Below, piece by piece: positions 18,091 through 26,037 of a DNA stretch of 50,370 nt (positions within the stretch are counted from its first letter, which is position 1; the number at the start of each line of letters is the position of its first letter). This DNA comes from a virus. Lineage: Duplodnaviria > Caudoviricetes. The stretch lies in IMG/VR virus record IMGVR_UViG_3300021057_000003, positions 1 through 50,370 of that record; one strand, written 5' to 3'. A model generated the notes under the pieces. That model was not told where the DNA came from. It did no database searches and saw nothing but the letters and a program-made list of their open reading frames with translations. The position numbers and the translations under genes were made by a program.

Positions 18091-18270
18091 TTTTGAGCTT
18101 CCTTTTTCCCGTGGATAGGGGTGATGTGGAATGGTCTACCGCCTACCCCCGAAATGTCAATTTCTTTTTTGAAATCAACGACTTACGATGCGGAATGAGG
18201 TGGTTTGAGGAGGTATTTCACTACTGTTTGTGTATCGTGTCAAGTCCTGAATGTTCTTGTGGATCAACCA
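18091..18270. promoter_or_regulatory. Candidate attP/integrase control region with IHF consensus site
   Basis: Non-coding; AATCAACGACTTA (18173-18185) matches WATCAANNNNTTR; repeated GGAATG motifs. Confidence 0.5.
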
Positions 18271-18281
18271 CTTAGGGATGG

Positions 18282-18992
18282 CTAGTCTCTTTTGAGCTTC
18301 TCCCGTACCCATTCGCGATTGATGTGGAAGGTCTGAGCCTCCTCGGTTTCAGCGTCCACGGCGTCCAGAACTTCCTCAATCGTCCTCGCTCGTTCCTCTT
18401 GTGCGTGGCGCGAGAGGGCGGCGAGGAAGTCTTTGTCGTATCGCTTTGCCAGCTCTGTGATTTCAGGATGTGGCTTCTGGCACAAGCAACATTCAAAGTG
18501 CTTGATCTTCTGTCCACATGCGGGAGATTTGTTGTTCCAACAGTGTGAGTGATCGAGCTGGTTGTACGGCACCTTCTCTACGCTCTCGGAGGGGCCAGCC
18601 TGAGCAAGTTCTTCACCTAGTTTGTTGGCTAGCTTTTCATTTACGTCCCATGCGCTCTCTCTGTTCTCAGGCTGGCAGGTGATGCCCTTTCCGCCGTTGT
18701 AGAGTTCTTGCATTGCTTCAGGCGTGAAGTCCCGCATAGGTTCGAGTACTTCTAATACTCTGTTCTCAGTGGGGAAGCCGGAATGTGTGTTGTTTGATGG
18801 TGGAGGGTTTTGTAGTGGCTCGATGTTCTCAGTGGGGGCGGGGGAGTCTTCGATTCTGCCTACAGCGTGCCATGTGATCTTGCCAGTGCCTCCACAAACT
18901 CCGCACGTTCCATCGGCGCAAGGTTTGATGTCAGGGTTCTTCTGGCGGCACTGTGGACAGCTTTCGACTAGGTCCTTTGATGTGGTATTCAT
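18282..18992 (-). CDS. Mosaic hypothetical protein with Zn-finger modules
   Basis: CPQC, CGVC and HSHC...CCLC modules joined by repeated PTEN linkers. Confidence 0.7.
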   Translation of the reverse strand: MNTTSKDLVESCPQCRQKNPDIKPCADGTCGVCGGTGKITWHAVGRIEDSPAPTENIEPLQNPPPSNNTHSGFPTENRVLEVLEPMRDFTPEAMQELYNGGKGITCQPENRESAWDVNEKLANKLGEELAQAGPSESVEKVPYNQLDHSHCWNNKSPACGQKIKHFECCLCQKPHPEITELAKRYDKDFLAALSRHAQEERARTIEEVLDAVDAETEEAQTFHINREWVREKLKRD

Positions 18993-19199
18993 TTTTCTTT
19001 GATGTTATTGTTAATGAGGAAGCAGTGGCTCAAAAGGTTTCTGACCGGCACACGGCACTACTAGAGGTAGTAGGTTCTGTCATGGGGTTCCTCTCCCTTA
19101 TCAGATGCAGGGTGACTTTACAGGGCAATATAAATTCAGAGGTCTGTGAGCACACGTCGGCTCCCTGGCAATTCCCTGCCCGCTTCCTTCACTCCCGAC

Positions 19200-19607
19200 T
19201 TAGTTTCGGGAGTTTTCTTTTGCTCCTTTGATGAGGTTGATAACGTCCTCTAGTGCTTGGTTGTAGCTCTTTCTCTCGCCAACTGTCATAAAGGGGGAGT
19301 TCGATGTTCTCCTGCCGTATGACTTGGTGATGATGTATCGCTTTCCCTCCACCTCCTTCACGAGACGGTCACGTTCTCTTTCTTCGGGAGTTCTTGAATC
19401 ACAGTCGTCCACGCTCTCTCTGTTCTCTGTGGGGGCGGGGCGACAGTCTCCGTGGCTTTCAGTCTTTCCACACCATGTGCAGAAAGGTTCCTCAGTGGGG
19501 GCGGGGCAATCGCAGGAGTTCCATTGGGGTGTGTAGCGCGGGTTTGCGCCGATACCGTGGTCAATGACTCGCTGTGTGCCGTTCGCGCAGTTTGGTTTAT
19601 GTTGCAT
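19200..19607 (-). CDS. Mosaic hypothetical protein
   Basis: PAPTE linkers; shares RLVKEVEGKR...YNQAL.DVI.LIKG with its neighbour. Confidence 0.7.
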   Translation of the reverse strand: MQHKPNCANGTQRVIDHGIGANPRYTPQWNSCDCPAPTEEPFCTWCGKTESHGDCRPAPTENRESVDDCDSRTPEERERDRLVKEVEGKRYIITKSYGRRTSNSPFMTVGERKSYNQALEDVINLIKGAKENSRN

Positions 19608-19851
19608 CTCCTTTGATTAAACTGATAACGTCATCTAATGCTTGGTTGTAGGTGGCGTGTTCCTCGGGATAGCGTCCCAGCACAGTCAGTTTCCGCTTCC
19701 CCTCCACCTCCTTCACAAGACGGTCACTTTCTGCGGTGAGGAGGTCTATGATGAAGTTTTTGATGTCATGACAGTGACATTGGCTCCCGTCAGGTGAATA
19801 CGTCGCATTGGCGAACTTGCGGTCAAACTCCGCCTCCCAGTTTCTATTCAT
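19597..19851 (-). CDS. Hypothetical protein, paralogous C-terminus to 19200-19607
   Basis: DRLVKEVEGKR...YNQALDDVISLIKG. Confidence 0.7.
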   Translation of the reverse strand: MNRNWEAEFDRKFANATYSPDGSQCHCHDIKNFIIDLLTAESDRLVKEVEGKRKLTVLGRYPEEHATYNQALDDVISLIKGDAT

Positions 19852-20032
19852 AGATTTCAGGTGCGCGGATAATGTTCTTCAAGTCGTCAATCACTTGCTC
19901 CAGCGTTTCGTTCTGCTCACACGCCTGGATTGCTCTCTGGTAGGCGTTGTTCTTAGCGTCTCTGATGTCATCATTCATGTTCTTGGGGTTGATTAAGTTC
20001 TTCGTGTAATCCGTTGCAGGATGGGTTGCCAC
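19844..20032 (-). CDS. Hypothetical protein
   Basis: ORF track; start uncertain. Confidence 0.45.
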   Translation of the reverse strand: MATHPATDYTKNLINPKNMNDDIRDAKNNAYQRAIQACEQNETLEQVIDDLKNIIRAPEIYE

Positions 20033-20118
20033 AGTAGCTACAGCATTTGCAGAAAACGTCAGTTTCTCCGCATCCTGGGCATACTCCCTCCCACTCTCCT
20101 TTCTCTGTGGACATGGTG

Positions 20119-20361
20119 TTATGGGACTATCTCATCCAAGTATTCTTGATCTTGAAATGAGCTGTGAATAATCATGGGTTTTGCGTACTGTCCGTCGCTG
20201 TATCCTGTGGCGACTTTTGGCTTGCATGGGCAGTCGATACCACCTAGCTCTCGTTCATTACCTTCGTGCTGGGCTGAGTGTGGTTTGATGTCCGTTTCAG
20301 GGAGAACGTGGACATTCACGCCATCATCAATCGTTAGCCACTTTCCTTTATAGCGTTCCAT
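20119..20361 (-). CDS. Hypothetical protein
   Basis: HVLP..D.KPH...C.CKP...IIH conserved-looking metal-binding motif. Confidence 0.7.
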   Translation of the reverse strand: MERYKGKWLTIDDGVNVHVLPETDIKPHSAQHEGNERELGGIDCPCKPKVATGYSDGQYAKPMIIHSSFQDQEYLDEIVP

Positions 20362-20364
20362 GAT

Positions 20365-20709
20365 CTAGTTGTTATCTGATACCTCTACGTCGCTGTTAGA
20401 TTCTGAAGGGGTGGCGAGGGCTTCGAGTACAAGTTCTTTTACGTGGAAACCTCCTTCGATTACTCCCCGTGCATAGTCACCCCATTTTTCCTTGTCACCT
20501 GATAGCGCCACTATGTGTTGCGTTGCGTCCGCGACCTTCGCTTTCTCCTCCTTCCTCGCTTCCTCACTTATCTTGGTGAGGGTGGTGCGGAGCCAGTTAA
20601 TGATGCCGAGCGGGTGCGGATAGGTGTCAGGCGTCCAGTTGTCTTTTGATGTTGGAACGCTGAATGTCTCGCGGAACTCCTCTACTGCGCTTTCGATGTG
20701 TTGGTTCAT
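20365..20709 (-). CDS. Hypothetical protein
   Basis: ORF track; operon packing. Confidence 0.65.
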   Translation of the reverse strand: MNQHIESAVEEFRETFSVPTSKDNWTPDTYPHPLGIINWLRTTLTKISEEARKEEKAKVADATQHIVALSGDKEKWGDYARGVIEGGFHVKELVLEALATPSESNSDVEVSDNN

Positions 20710-20797
20710 GACTTGTCGCTTAAGTCTTCTAATGCCTTTGCGATGCGGCTCAGCGGGAAATACAGAATCCAGGCTGAAACCACGAGTCCGAGGTACG

Positions 20798-21103
20798 TCA
20801 TACCTCCTTACTTGCTGACGGGGGTAAGGGGGACTGTGCTTTGCCTTTGATGTCGTAGTAGCGACTTTTCCATACGCCGATAATGCGGAGTAAGTGGCTT
20901 TCTCTCGCTCTGTTCATCGGACTTTCCTCTTGGGAGGAGCGTTCTTCGAGGTACTGCTTCCACCGTGCGCGCGTCTCCTTCGGGTAGGTTTCCGTGAAGT
21001 GGCTGAATACCATCCCCGTCTTCTCACGGAACTCTGCAAGTGAAATTCCCTTTGTCTGCGCTCGAAGCCAGAGGTCGAGATTTTCTTTTGATGTCTTGCT
21101 CAT
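20798..21103 (-). CDS. Hypothetical protein
   Basis: ORF track; ATGA coupling. Confidence 0.6.
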   Translation of the reverse strand: MSKTSKENLDLWLRAQTKGISLAEFREKTGMVFSHFTETYPKETRARWKQYLEERSSQEESPMNRARESHLLRIIGVWKSRYYDIKGKAQSPLPPSASKEV

Positions 21104-21438
21104 TCTCCGTTTATCTTAGCTCGAATAATCTTCTGTACGTCTGAGAGGGCTTTGCGGTAGCCAGCCTCGTAGAATTGCACCTTTTCTGTTTTACCGCCGT
21201 AAAGTTCAGTGTTAGTAATCATCCCCTCCACCTCCCTCACGAGGTCTTCGGTCTGTATGAGGCTGTAGTCGGTTCCCCAGAGTTCATTGAATAGGTGAAC
21301 GTCTGCGATGAGGTCTGCGAGTGAGGACAGCATCTCCTTGTTCGCTTCTTGCCAGTTGGCGTAGGACTTCTTGAGGATGAATTGCATGGCCTCCTTTTTC
21401 TTTGCGTCGCCCTCCCATGTCTCTTGATGCTGGGTCAT
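21100..21438 (-). CDS. Hypothetical protein with LVREVEG module
   Basis: ATGA coupling; shares a module with 19200-19851. Confidence 0.65.
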   Translation of the reverse strand: MTQHQETWEGDAKKKEAMQFILKKSYANWQEANKEMLSSLADLIADVHLFNELWGTDYSLIQTEDLVREVEGMITNTELYGGKTEKVQFYEAGYRKALSDVQKIIRAKINGE

Positions 21439-21683
21439 GAGTGCTTGCGTGAGGCGAGTAGTGATTCGAGTGTTTTGCGGAGGCTTTCGACCTTACGTTC
21501 CGCGCCCTTCAGTTCTGCATCGACGTCCCCGTAGGCATTACGGCCTGTCTCCTTCTTGGACTGCCACCAGCCGAGAGACCTTTCCTCTTTTGCTTGTTCC
21601 CTTGTGATTTTCATGATGAGCTCGTACTCCGTTACGGGAGCCTTTGTAACGCTGTCACTTTTTGCGATGGTGAGTGAGTTCAT
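21435..21683 (-). CDS. Hypothetical protein
   Basis: ATGA coupling. Confidence 0.6.
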   Translation of the reverse strand: MNSLTIAKSDSVTKAPVTEYELIMKITREQAKEERSLGWWQSKKETGRNAYGDVDAELKGAERKVESLRKTLESLLASRKHS

Positions 21684-21871
21684 TTTGTTTTCTTAGGTTT
21701 CTTGGTAATGGGGAGGGAGTAGGTGATGGTGCAGGGGACGAGTGGAAGATTTGCTGTGTGAGAGTCTTCCTTTAGTAGTGCGATTTCCCATTTGGTTGTG
21801 ATTGCGTGGAGGAATCTACCCTTTGATGAGAGAAGCGCCCACGCCTTCACCTTCCTCTCTGTGGTCTTCAT
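21680..21871 (-). CDS. Hypothetical protein
   Basis: MKTTERKVKAWA...VPCTITYSLP; start reassigned. Confidence 0.55.
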   Translation of the reverse strand: MKTTERKVKAWALLSSKGRFLHAITTKWEIALLKEDSHTANLPLVPCTITYSLPITKKPKKTK

Positions 21872-22080
21872 AAGCCGAGAGAGATCTTCGCCATGTCTAT
21901 CCCGACCTTTAGCAACTCGAACCACAGAACGAGAAGTATCAATGCGATTGGAGAGAAGAGGACTATGCCGACGACTGCCTCAGTTGTGGATGCCTCCGCT
22001 TCGTCGGTGTATTCTTCCTCAGGTTCAAAGCGGCCTGTTGATTGGGACCTTCGTAATCTGAAGGATTCATTAGTTGCCAT
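21868..22080 (-). CDS. Small membrane protein
   Basis: C-terminal TM segment. Confidence 0.6.
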   Translation of the reverse strand: MATNESFRLRRSQSTGRFEPEEEYTDEAEASTTEAVVGIVLFSPIALILLVLWFELLKVGIDMAKISLGL

Positions 22081-22081
22081 A

Positions 22082-22342
22082 TCACTTAATTTTTATGGAC
22101 CACCAGACGAAGCGTGTGTAGCTGCGGATCATCGGGTCCTTCTTCTTAGCGAGTAATGCGTGGAGGTCACTGTCCGTCCACTTCAGTGTGTTTGCGGCCA
22201 ATGCGATCCTGGCTGCAAGCTTCTTCCTCTCTTCACCGATGCAGGTTGTGGCAGACACGATGTCTGCGATGAGCTGTTCCCGGTTGCTTCTTACTTGTAA
22301 TGGTTGTTCTTTTTCGACCCGTTCAAATGTGATCTTCTTCAT
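22082..22342 (-). CDS. Hypothetical protein
   Basis: ORF track. Confidence 0.65.
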   Translation of the reverse strand: MKKITFERVEKEQPLQVRSNREQLIADIVSATTCIGEERKKLAARIALAANTLKWTDSDLHALLAKKKDPMIRSYTRFVWWSIKIK

Positions 22343-22395
22343 GAGATCATCTTCTCATCTGAAGAGTTCATGAGGAAGAGGGAGAGGTGGATAAC

Positions 22396-22578
22396 TTAGT
22401 CGATGCGATGAATAGAAAGCACTGCCATTTGCTTCCCCTGTCTTTCACCCTCCTCTTTCGCATACTTCAACGCGGCGTGTACGGTCGTTCTCATTGATTC
22501 CCAAAAGGATCGGTGGACCCAGACCACCTTCTTAAACTTCTGGTTTTCTTCCATGATGACGACTTCGTAAGTCTTCAT
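22396..22578 (-). CDS. Hypothetical protein
   Basis: ORF track; AAAACATG start context. Confidence 0.55.
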   Translation of the reverse strand: MKTYEVVIMEENQKFKKVVWVHRSFWESMRTTVHAALKYAKEEGERQGKQMAVLSIHRID

Positions 22579-22653
22579 GTTTTCTTGTTCTTATTGATAT
22601 ACCTACACCCTACTCCTCCTGTAGATTCTGTAAATATGGGAGTGTGGATAGTG

Positions 22654-23106
22654 CTAGAGCTTGCGCACACCCATCTTCTTGTTTGCAATAAACTCAGCGG
22701 TTTCAGCCTGCATGACTGTTTTTGTTCCATAGAGATCGTGGAGCTCCTTGTGGCACGGCCAGCAGAGACCGATTACGTGGGCGTCAGTTTCACGACCAAG
22801 AAAACCGTAGTGCGTGTGATGAACGGTCGGGCGATCTATGTTGCCGCAAGCTGCACACCGCTTCCCGTGTTCACGCCAGTAGATCTCGGTCCTAAGTTTC
22901 CATTGAGGTGACTTGATATAGTCCTTGTATTTCCAAGAAACGAAACCCTTCTTGTTGACCCACTGCCCTTTGGCATTGAAGCCCGGCGTTCGTTTCTTCT
23001 TCTGGTTGCGCGGCTCGAATTTCGCCAGGAACTTATCTGCTCTCTGTTCTAAGCTCCTACTTCTATCTCTCTTTCTTTTAGTATCTTCATCTATCTCAAT
23101 CCACAT
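22654..23106 (-). CDS. HNH endonuclease
   Basis: YKDYIKSPQWK...CAACG....VHH.HY..LG.E....IGLC..CHKELH. Confidence 0.8.
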   Translation of the reverse strand: MWIEIDEDTKRKRDRSRSLEQRADKFLAKFEPRNQKKKRTPGFNAKGQWVNKKGFVSWKYKDYIKSPQWKLRTEIYWREHGKRCAACGNIDRPTVHHTHYGFLGRETDAHVIGLCWPCHKELHDLYGTKTVMQAETAEFIANKKMGVRKL

Positions 23107-23526
23107 ACTGTTGATGATGCTTTCTTCGACACTCTCTGGTTCTGCCCCCCCTCCCCCCATGATGGAGGGGATAGAGAGAAGATAAACAGTGAGTTCGAAG
23201 GAAGCGATGCTTTCCCCGAGAAATCTCTTCCAGGCCGAGATTTCAGGCCACTGGCCCAGGAACTATTAATTAGAGTCTGCGTTCCCAGCTTGCGTCTGCC
23301 CCACAGACAAAAGCACGCGGTTAGGCGTGCTTTCTTGAATCCTCTGTTCACCAACCCATGGAAAGTTGAATGACATCCCGTGAGCTGGGTCAGTGAACAG
23401 AAAATTCAGTTGTGATGATTTTGATGTCATTCACCAGTAATCATCTCACACACTCTTCATTCATTTATTCTTCAGACTGTGGATAGTGGGGAGATAAAGA
23501 AAGGCCCCCGGAGTGGGAGCCTGTGG

Positions 23527-23727
23527 CTACTGCGTGAAAACCGTGTAGCCGGGGAAGGTCGGTTGGATCTGCTGCACCTGGGCGATGCACTGGTCCACGA
23601 CCGGGATGGCAGAGGGATGGAGCGAAGGCCGAAGCTGCTCCAGGTAGGCGATGTACAGGCGTCGATCGAGCTCTTGCGAGAGGTCGAACACCAGCATTCC
23701 TACGTCGTCCTGAAGGACGGTCCTCAT
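23527..23727 (-). CDS. Hypothetical protein (SD-led cassette)
   Basis: ATGA-coupled to the upstream gene; followed by a hairpin terminator. Confidence 0.55.
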   Translation of the reverse strand: MRTVLQDDVGMLVFDLSQELDRRLYIAYLEQLRPSLHPSAIPVVDQCIAQVQQIQPTFPGYTVFTQ

Positions 23728-24059
23728 GCTGACACCTTGGCCTTCTGCCAGATGATCGTCTGCTCCTTGGTGTCCTTGTTGACCCTAAGGAGCTTTTCAG
23801 CCTTGCCCTCGTGGTAGATGAGGGCGTAGTAGATCTCGCCCGGCTCGTTCCAGTCCACGCCGACGATGCAGCGATGCACCGTGTAGTTGCGGTTGGCTGT
23901 CTCCGCGAACTTGCCGTCCTTGGTGAGGTGGCAGGTGCCTTCGTAGACTACGGACTTCCCCTGAAGGAGTGTCCGCAGTTCGTTTGCGCGCGCCTGGGAG
24001 GCGGCGAAGAGAAACAGGGCGACGCACACAACGGTGATGCCCTGAAGAATCTTCAGCAT
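23724..24059 (-). CDS. Secreted protein with Sec signal peptide
   Basis: MLKILQGITVVCVALFLFAASQARA; SD AAGGAG before ATG 24059. Confidence 0.7.
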   Translation of the reverse strand: MLKILQGITVVCVALFLFAASQARANELRTLLQGKSVVYEGTCHLTKDGKFAETANRNYTVHRCIVGVDWNEPGEIYYALIYHEGKAEKLLRVNKDTKEQTIIWQKAKVSA

Positions 24060-24220
24060 GACAGTCTCCTTGAAGTGGGGAACGTGGGGTATCCAGCTCG
24101 GTTCCTCGTCTGGATGCATGGCTTGCCGCCGGTTTATCGAAGGTCGGCCTGAAACCGGACAAAGTGCCTGTAGCCCGTCTATCGAGCGCTACGCCTGGCC
24201 GGGAGCCAGGCACCCATCGC

Positions 24221-24367
24221 TCAGGCTGCCAGCCCGAGTTGTTCCCTGTACCTCTTGCGAAGTGCTTCGAGGCAGAACGAGTGGTACGGCATACGGATGC
24301 CGCCTTCCATCTGATGAACAAGCTCAGAAGGAAGAATTGACTTCGCGCACTTGTGGCACACGTACAT
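24221..24367 (-). CDS. 48-aa Zn-finger protein
   Basis: CHKC...YH.FC; SD AGGAGG before ATG 24367. Confidence 0.6.
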   Translation of the reverse strand: MYVCHKCAKSILPSELVHQMEGGIRMPYHSFCLEALRKRYREQLGLAA

Positions 24368-24473
24368 ATATCCTCCTGAGGTAAGTTGGCGAGCGTGGTG
24401 TCGAGCTATACAGAGGGACCCGTATGTGTCGTGCCGGACACGATCACGCTCGTATTTCATAATACACCTTCAC

Positions 24474-24818
24474 CTAACTTTCATTTTTCTGCATGTGTAT
24501 AAGTTCCTCTTCGCTAGGGAATGGAGTAGATACGCCGAATTTATTAGACACAAAGAAGTTCACTGCGTCATATACCTGTGCGACCTGATGAGACTTCAGT
24601 TGTTTAGTTGACGAGGTGAGGAACATGTGTTCCTGAAAGATCTTCCAGATGTGGTGGAGAAATTCCTCAGTGATCGGGACTTCCCATTCCTGGAGTGATT
24701 GCACGAAAAGCTTCTGATCCACACCCGCTGCCTGGAGCTCCGCAGCGAGCTCTCTGAAGTATTTGAAAAGTGCCCTGTGCTGGGCTTCTGATCGTGGCTT
24801 AGTCGTCTCCATATACAA
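24474..24818 (-). CDS. NinB/Orf-like recombination protein
   Basis: KPRSEAQH.AL..Y...LA...SSTKQL...PFPS. Confidence 0.65.
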   Translation of the reverse strand: MYMETTKPRSEAQHRALFKYFRELAAELQAAGVDQKLFVQSLQEWEVPITEEFLHHIWKIFQEHMFLTSSTKQLKSHQVAQVYDAVNFFVSNKFGVSTPFPSEEELIHMQKNES

Positions 24819-25314
24819 GATCGGGCCTTAGCTTTCTCACCAGTTCCACAAGCTGCCAGGTTTCCATCTTCTCCCCTCGGTGCCGCTCGTTCTCTTCATC
24901 AATCCACTGGAGATGTCCTTTGCCGTACCTGCGCTCAAGCTCCTTGCCGAAGGCGTGCCCTACCGGACCATCACTCAAATAATTACATCGTGGGCACTGC
25001 AAACTTAGGTTGGATTTTTCTAGCTTAAAGAAGCCGTGACATACGGACCACGCCTTGTAGTGGCCGCAGTGGCCTTCTTGCCAGGAGTCGAGAATGGCAG
25101 GACATGAGACGCACTTCCCTCCGTACTTCTCGAAGTCTGTTCGCCGTACGAGCTGTGAGATCGCCTTCCATGCTCGCTTCTGTGCAGGGGTGTTGCCGTG
25201 ACTTCCAAGGGGGAGCGCCATGAACCAGGCCGGGGGCGTGTACGCCTGTTTGAGTTTTCGGACCTTCTTCTGCGGTGTCCGTCTGCGCTTGATGTAGCTA
25301 GTCCTCTTCTTCAT
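24799..25314 (-). CDS. NinG/Rap-like junction endonuclease
   Basis: VRR.D...CVSC...HCGHY...NL.LQC.RCN...L..RYG. Confidence 0.75.
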   Translation of the reverse strand: MKKRTSYIKRRRTPQKKVRKLKQAYTPPAWFMALPLGSHGNTPAQKRAWKAISQLVRRTDFEKYGGKCVSCPAILDSWQEGHCGHYKAWSVCHGFFKLEKSNLSLQCPRCNYLSDGPVGHAFGKELERRYGKGHLQWIDEENERHRGEKMETWQLVELVRKLRPDLVYGDD

Positions 25315-25513
25315 CTACATAAATACCATCGTCGTAGCCGATGGCGTCGGTTAGCTGTCCGACCTGGCCCTGCTTCCACTCATCGCTCACGTATGCGTCT
25401 TCAGCATCCTTCTTCTTTGCTTTGCGGATAGCTTCAGCAGCATTCTTTGCCATGACATAGGAACGGACTATGTAGAGTTTTCGCCCTGATGAGGCCCGTT
25501 TCTTCATAATCAA
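25298..25513 (-). CDS. Hypothetical protein
   Basis: KLYIVRSYVMAKNAAEAIRK. Confidence 0.65.
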   Translation of the reverse strand: MIMKKRASSGRKLYIVRSYVMAKNAAEAIRKAKKKDAEDAYVSDEWKQGQVGQLTDAIGYDDGIYVDEEED

Positions 25514-25565
25514 CTAATAATACAGCATGTGTATAACCTATTTTGTAATGCACACCTGAGGCGGT

Positions 25566-25862
25566 ATGCTTAATGAATACCAGATTAATGAACTTCTAAT
25601 GAGCACACCTGGGTATTGGGAAGGACAGGAGAATGTCGTCGCAGACTTTCAAACCACGCTTGAACACTGGTTCAACGGTGATGTGAGCTGGGATGAGGTC
25701 GAAGAGGAGCTTCAGCGGCTCTTAGAGGATGATGATGTCCACCAGCGTACCTATGCGAAGTGCTGCAACATGTGGGATGAGGCGCAGACACGAGATGAGT
25801 TCTGGCAGGAGGAGGAGCGGCAGAAGTGGAGGGATTTAGATAAAGATCAGGGAGCGTATTAA
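25566..25862 (+). CDS. Acidic hypothetical protein
   Basis: First gene of the divergent + strand recombination operon. Confidence 0.65.
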   Translation: MLNEYQINELLMSTPGYWEGQENVVADFQTTLEHWFNGDVSWDEVEEELQRLLEDDDVHQRTYAKCCNMWDEAQTRDEFWQEEERQKWRDLDKDQGAY

Positions 25863-25864
25863 AT

Positions 25865-26035
25865 ATGGAGTTAATGGACAGGGTACAAACCCCGTGGGGA
25901 CCGGGTACAGTGATCGGCTTCGATCACAAGTATCTGCTCGTGCTCATGGATGAGGTCTTTGTCCAGGATGAGCACGGCGTATTTCATTATCAGAAGCTTG
26001 GCGTGAGGAGGGATGAAGTAACAAAACTACCTTAA
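25865..26035 (+). CDS. 56-aa hypothetical protein
   Basis: Manual translation MELMDRVQTPWGPGTVIG... Confidence 0.55.
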   Translation: MELMDRVQTPWGPGTVIGFDHKYLLVLMDEVFVQDEHGVFHYQKLGVRRDEVTKLP

Positions 26036-26037
26036 GA

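Noticed and set aside
18650-19510. CRISPR array from the PAPTEN repeats
   Set aside because: Repeats are degenerate, irregularly spaced and in-frame coding; no cas genes are present
19200-19851. Diversity-generating retroelement TR/VR pair
   Set aside because: No reverse transcriptase is present and the differences are not adenine-specific
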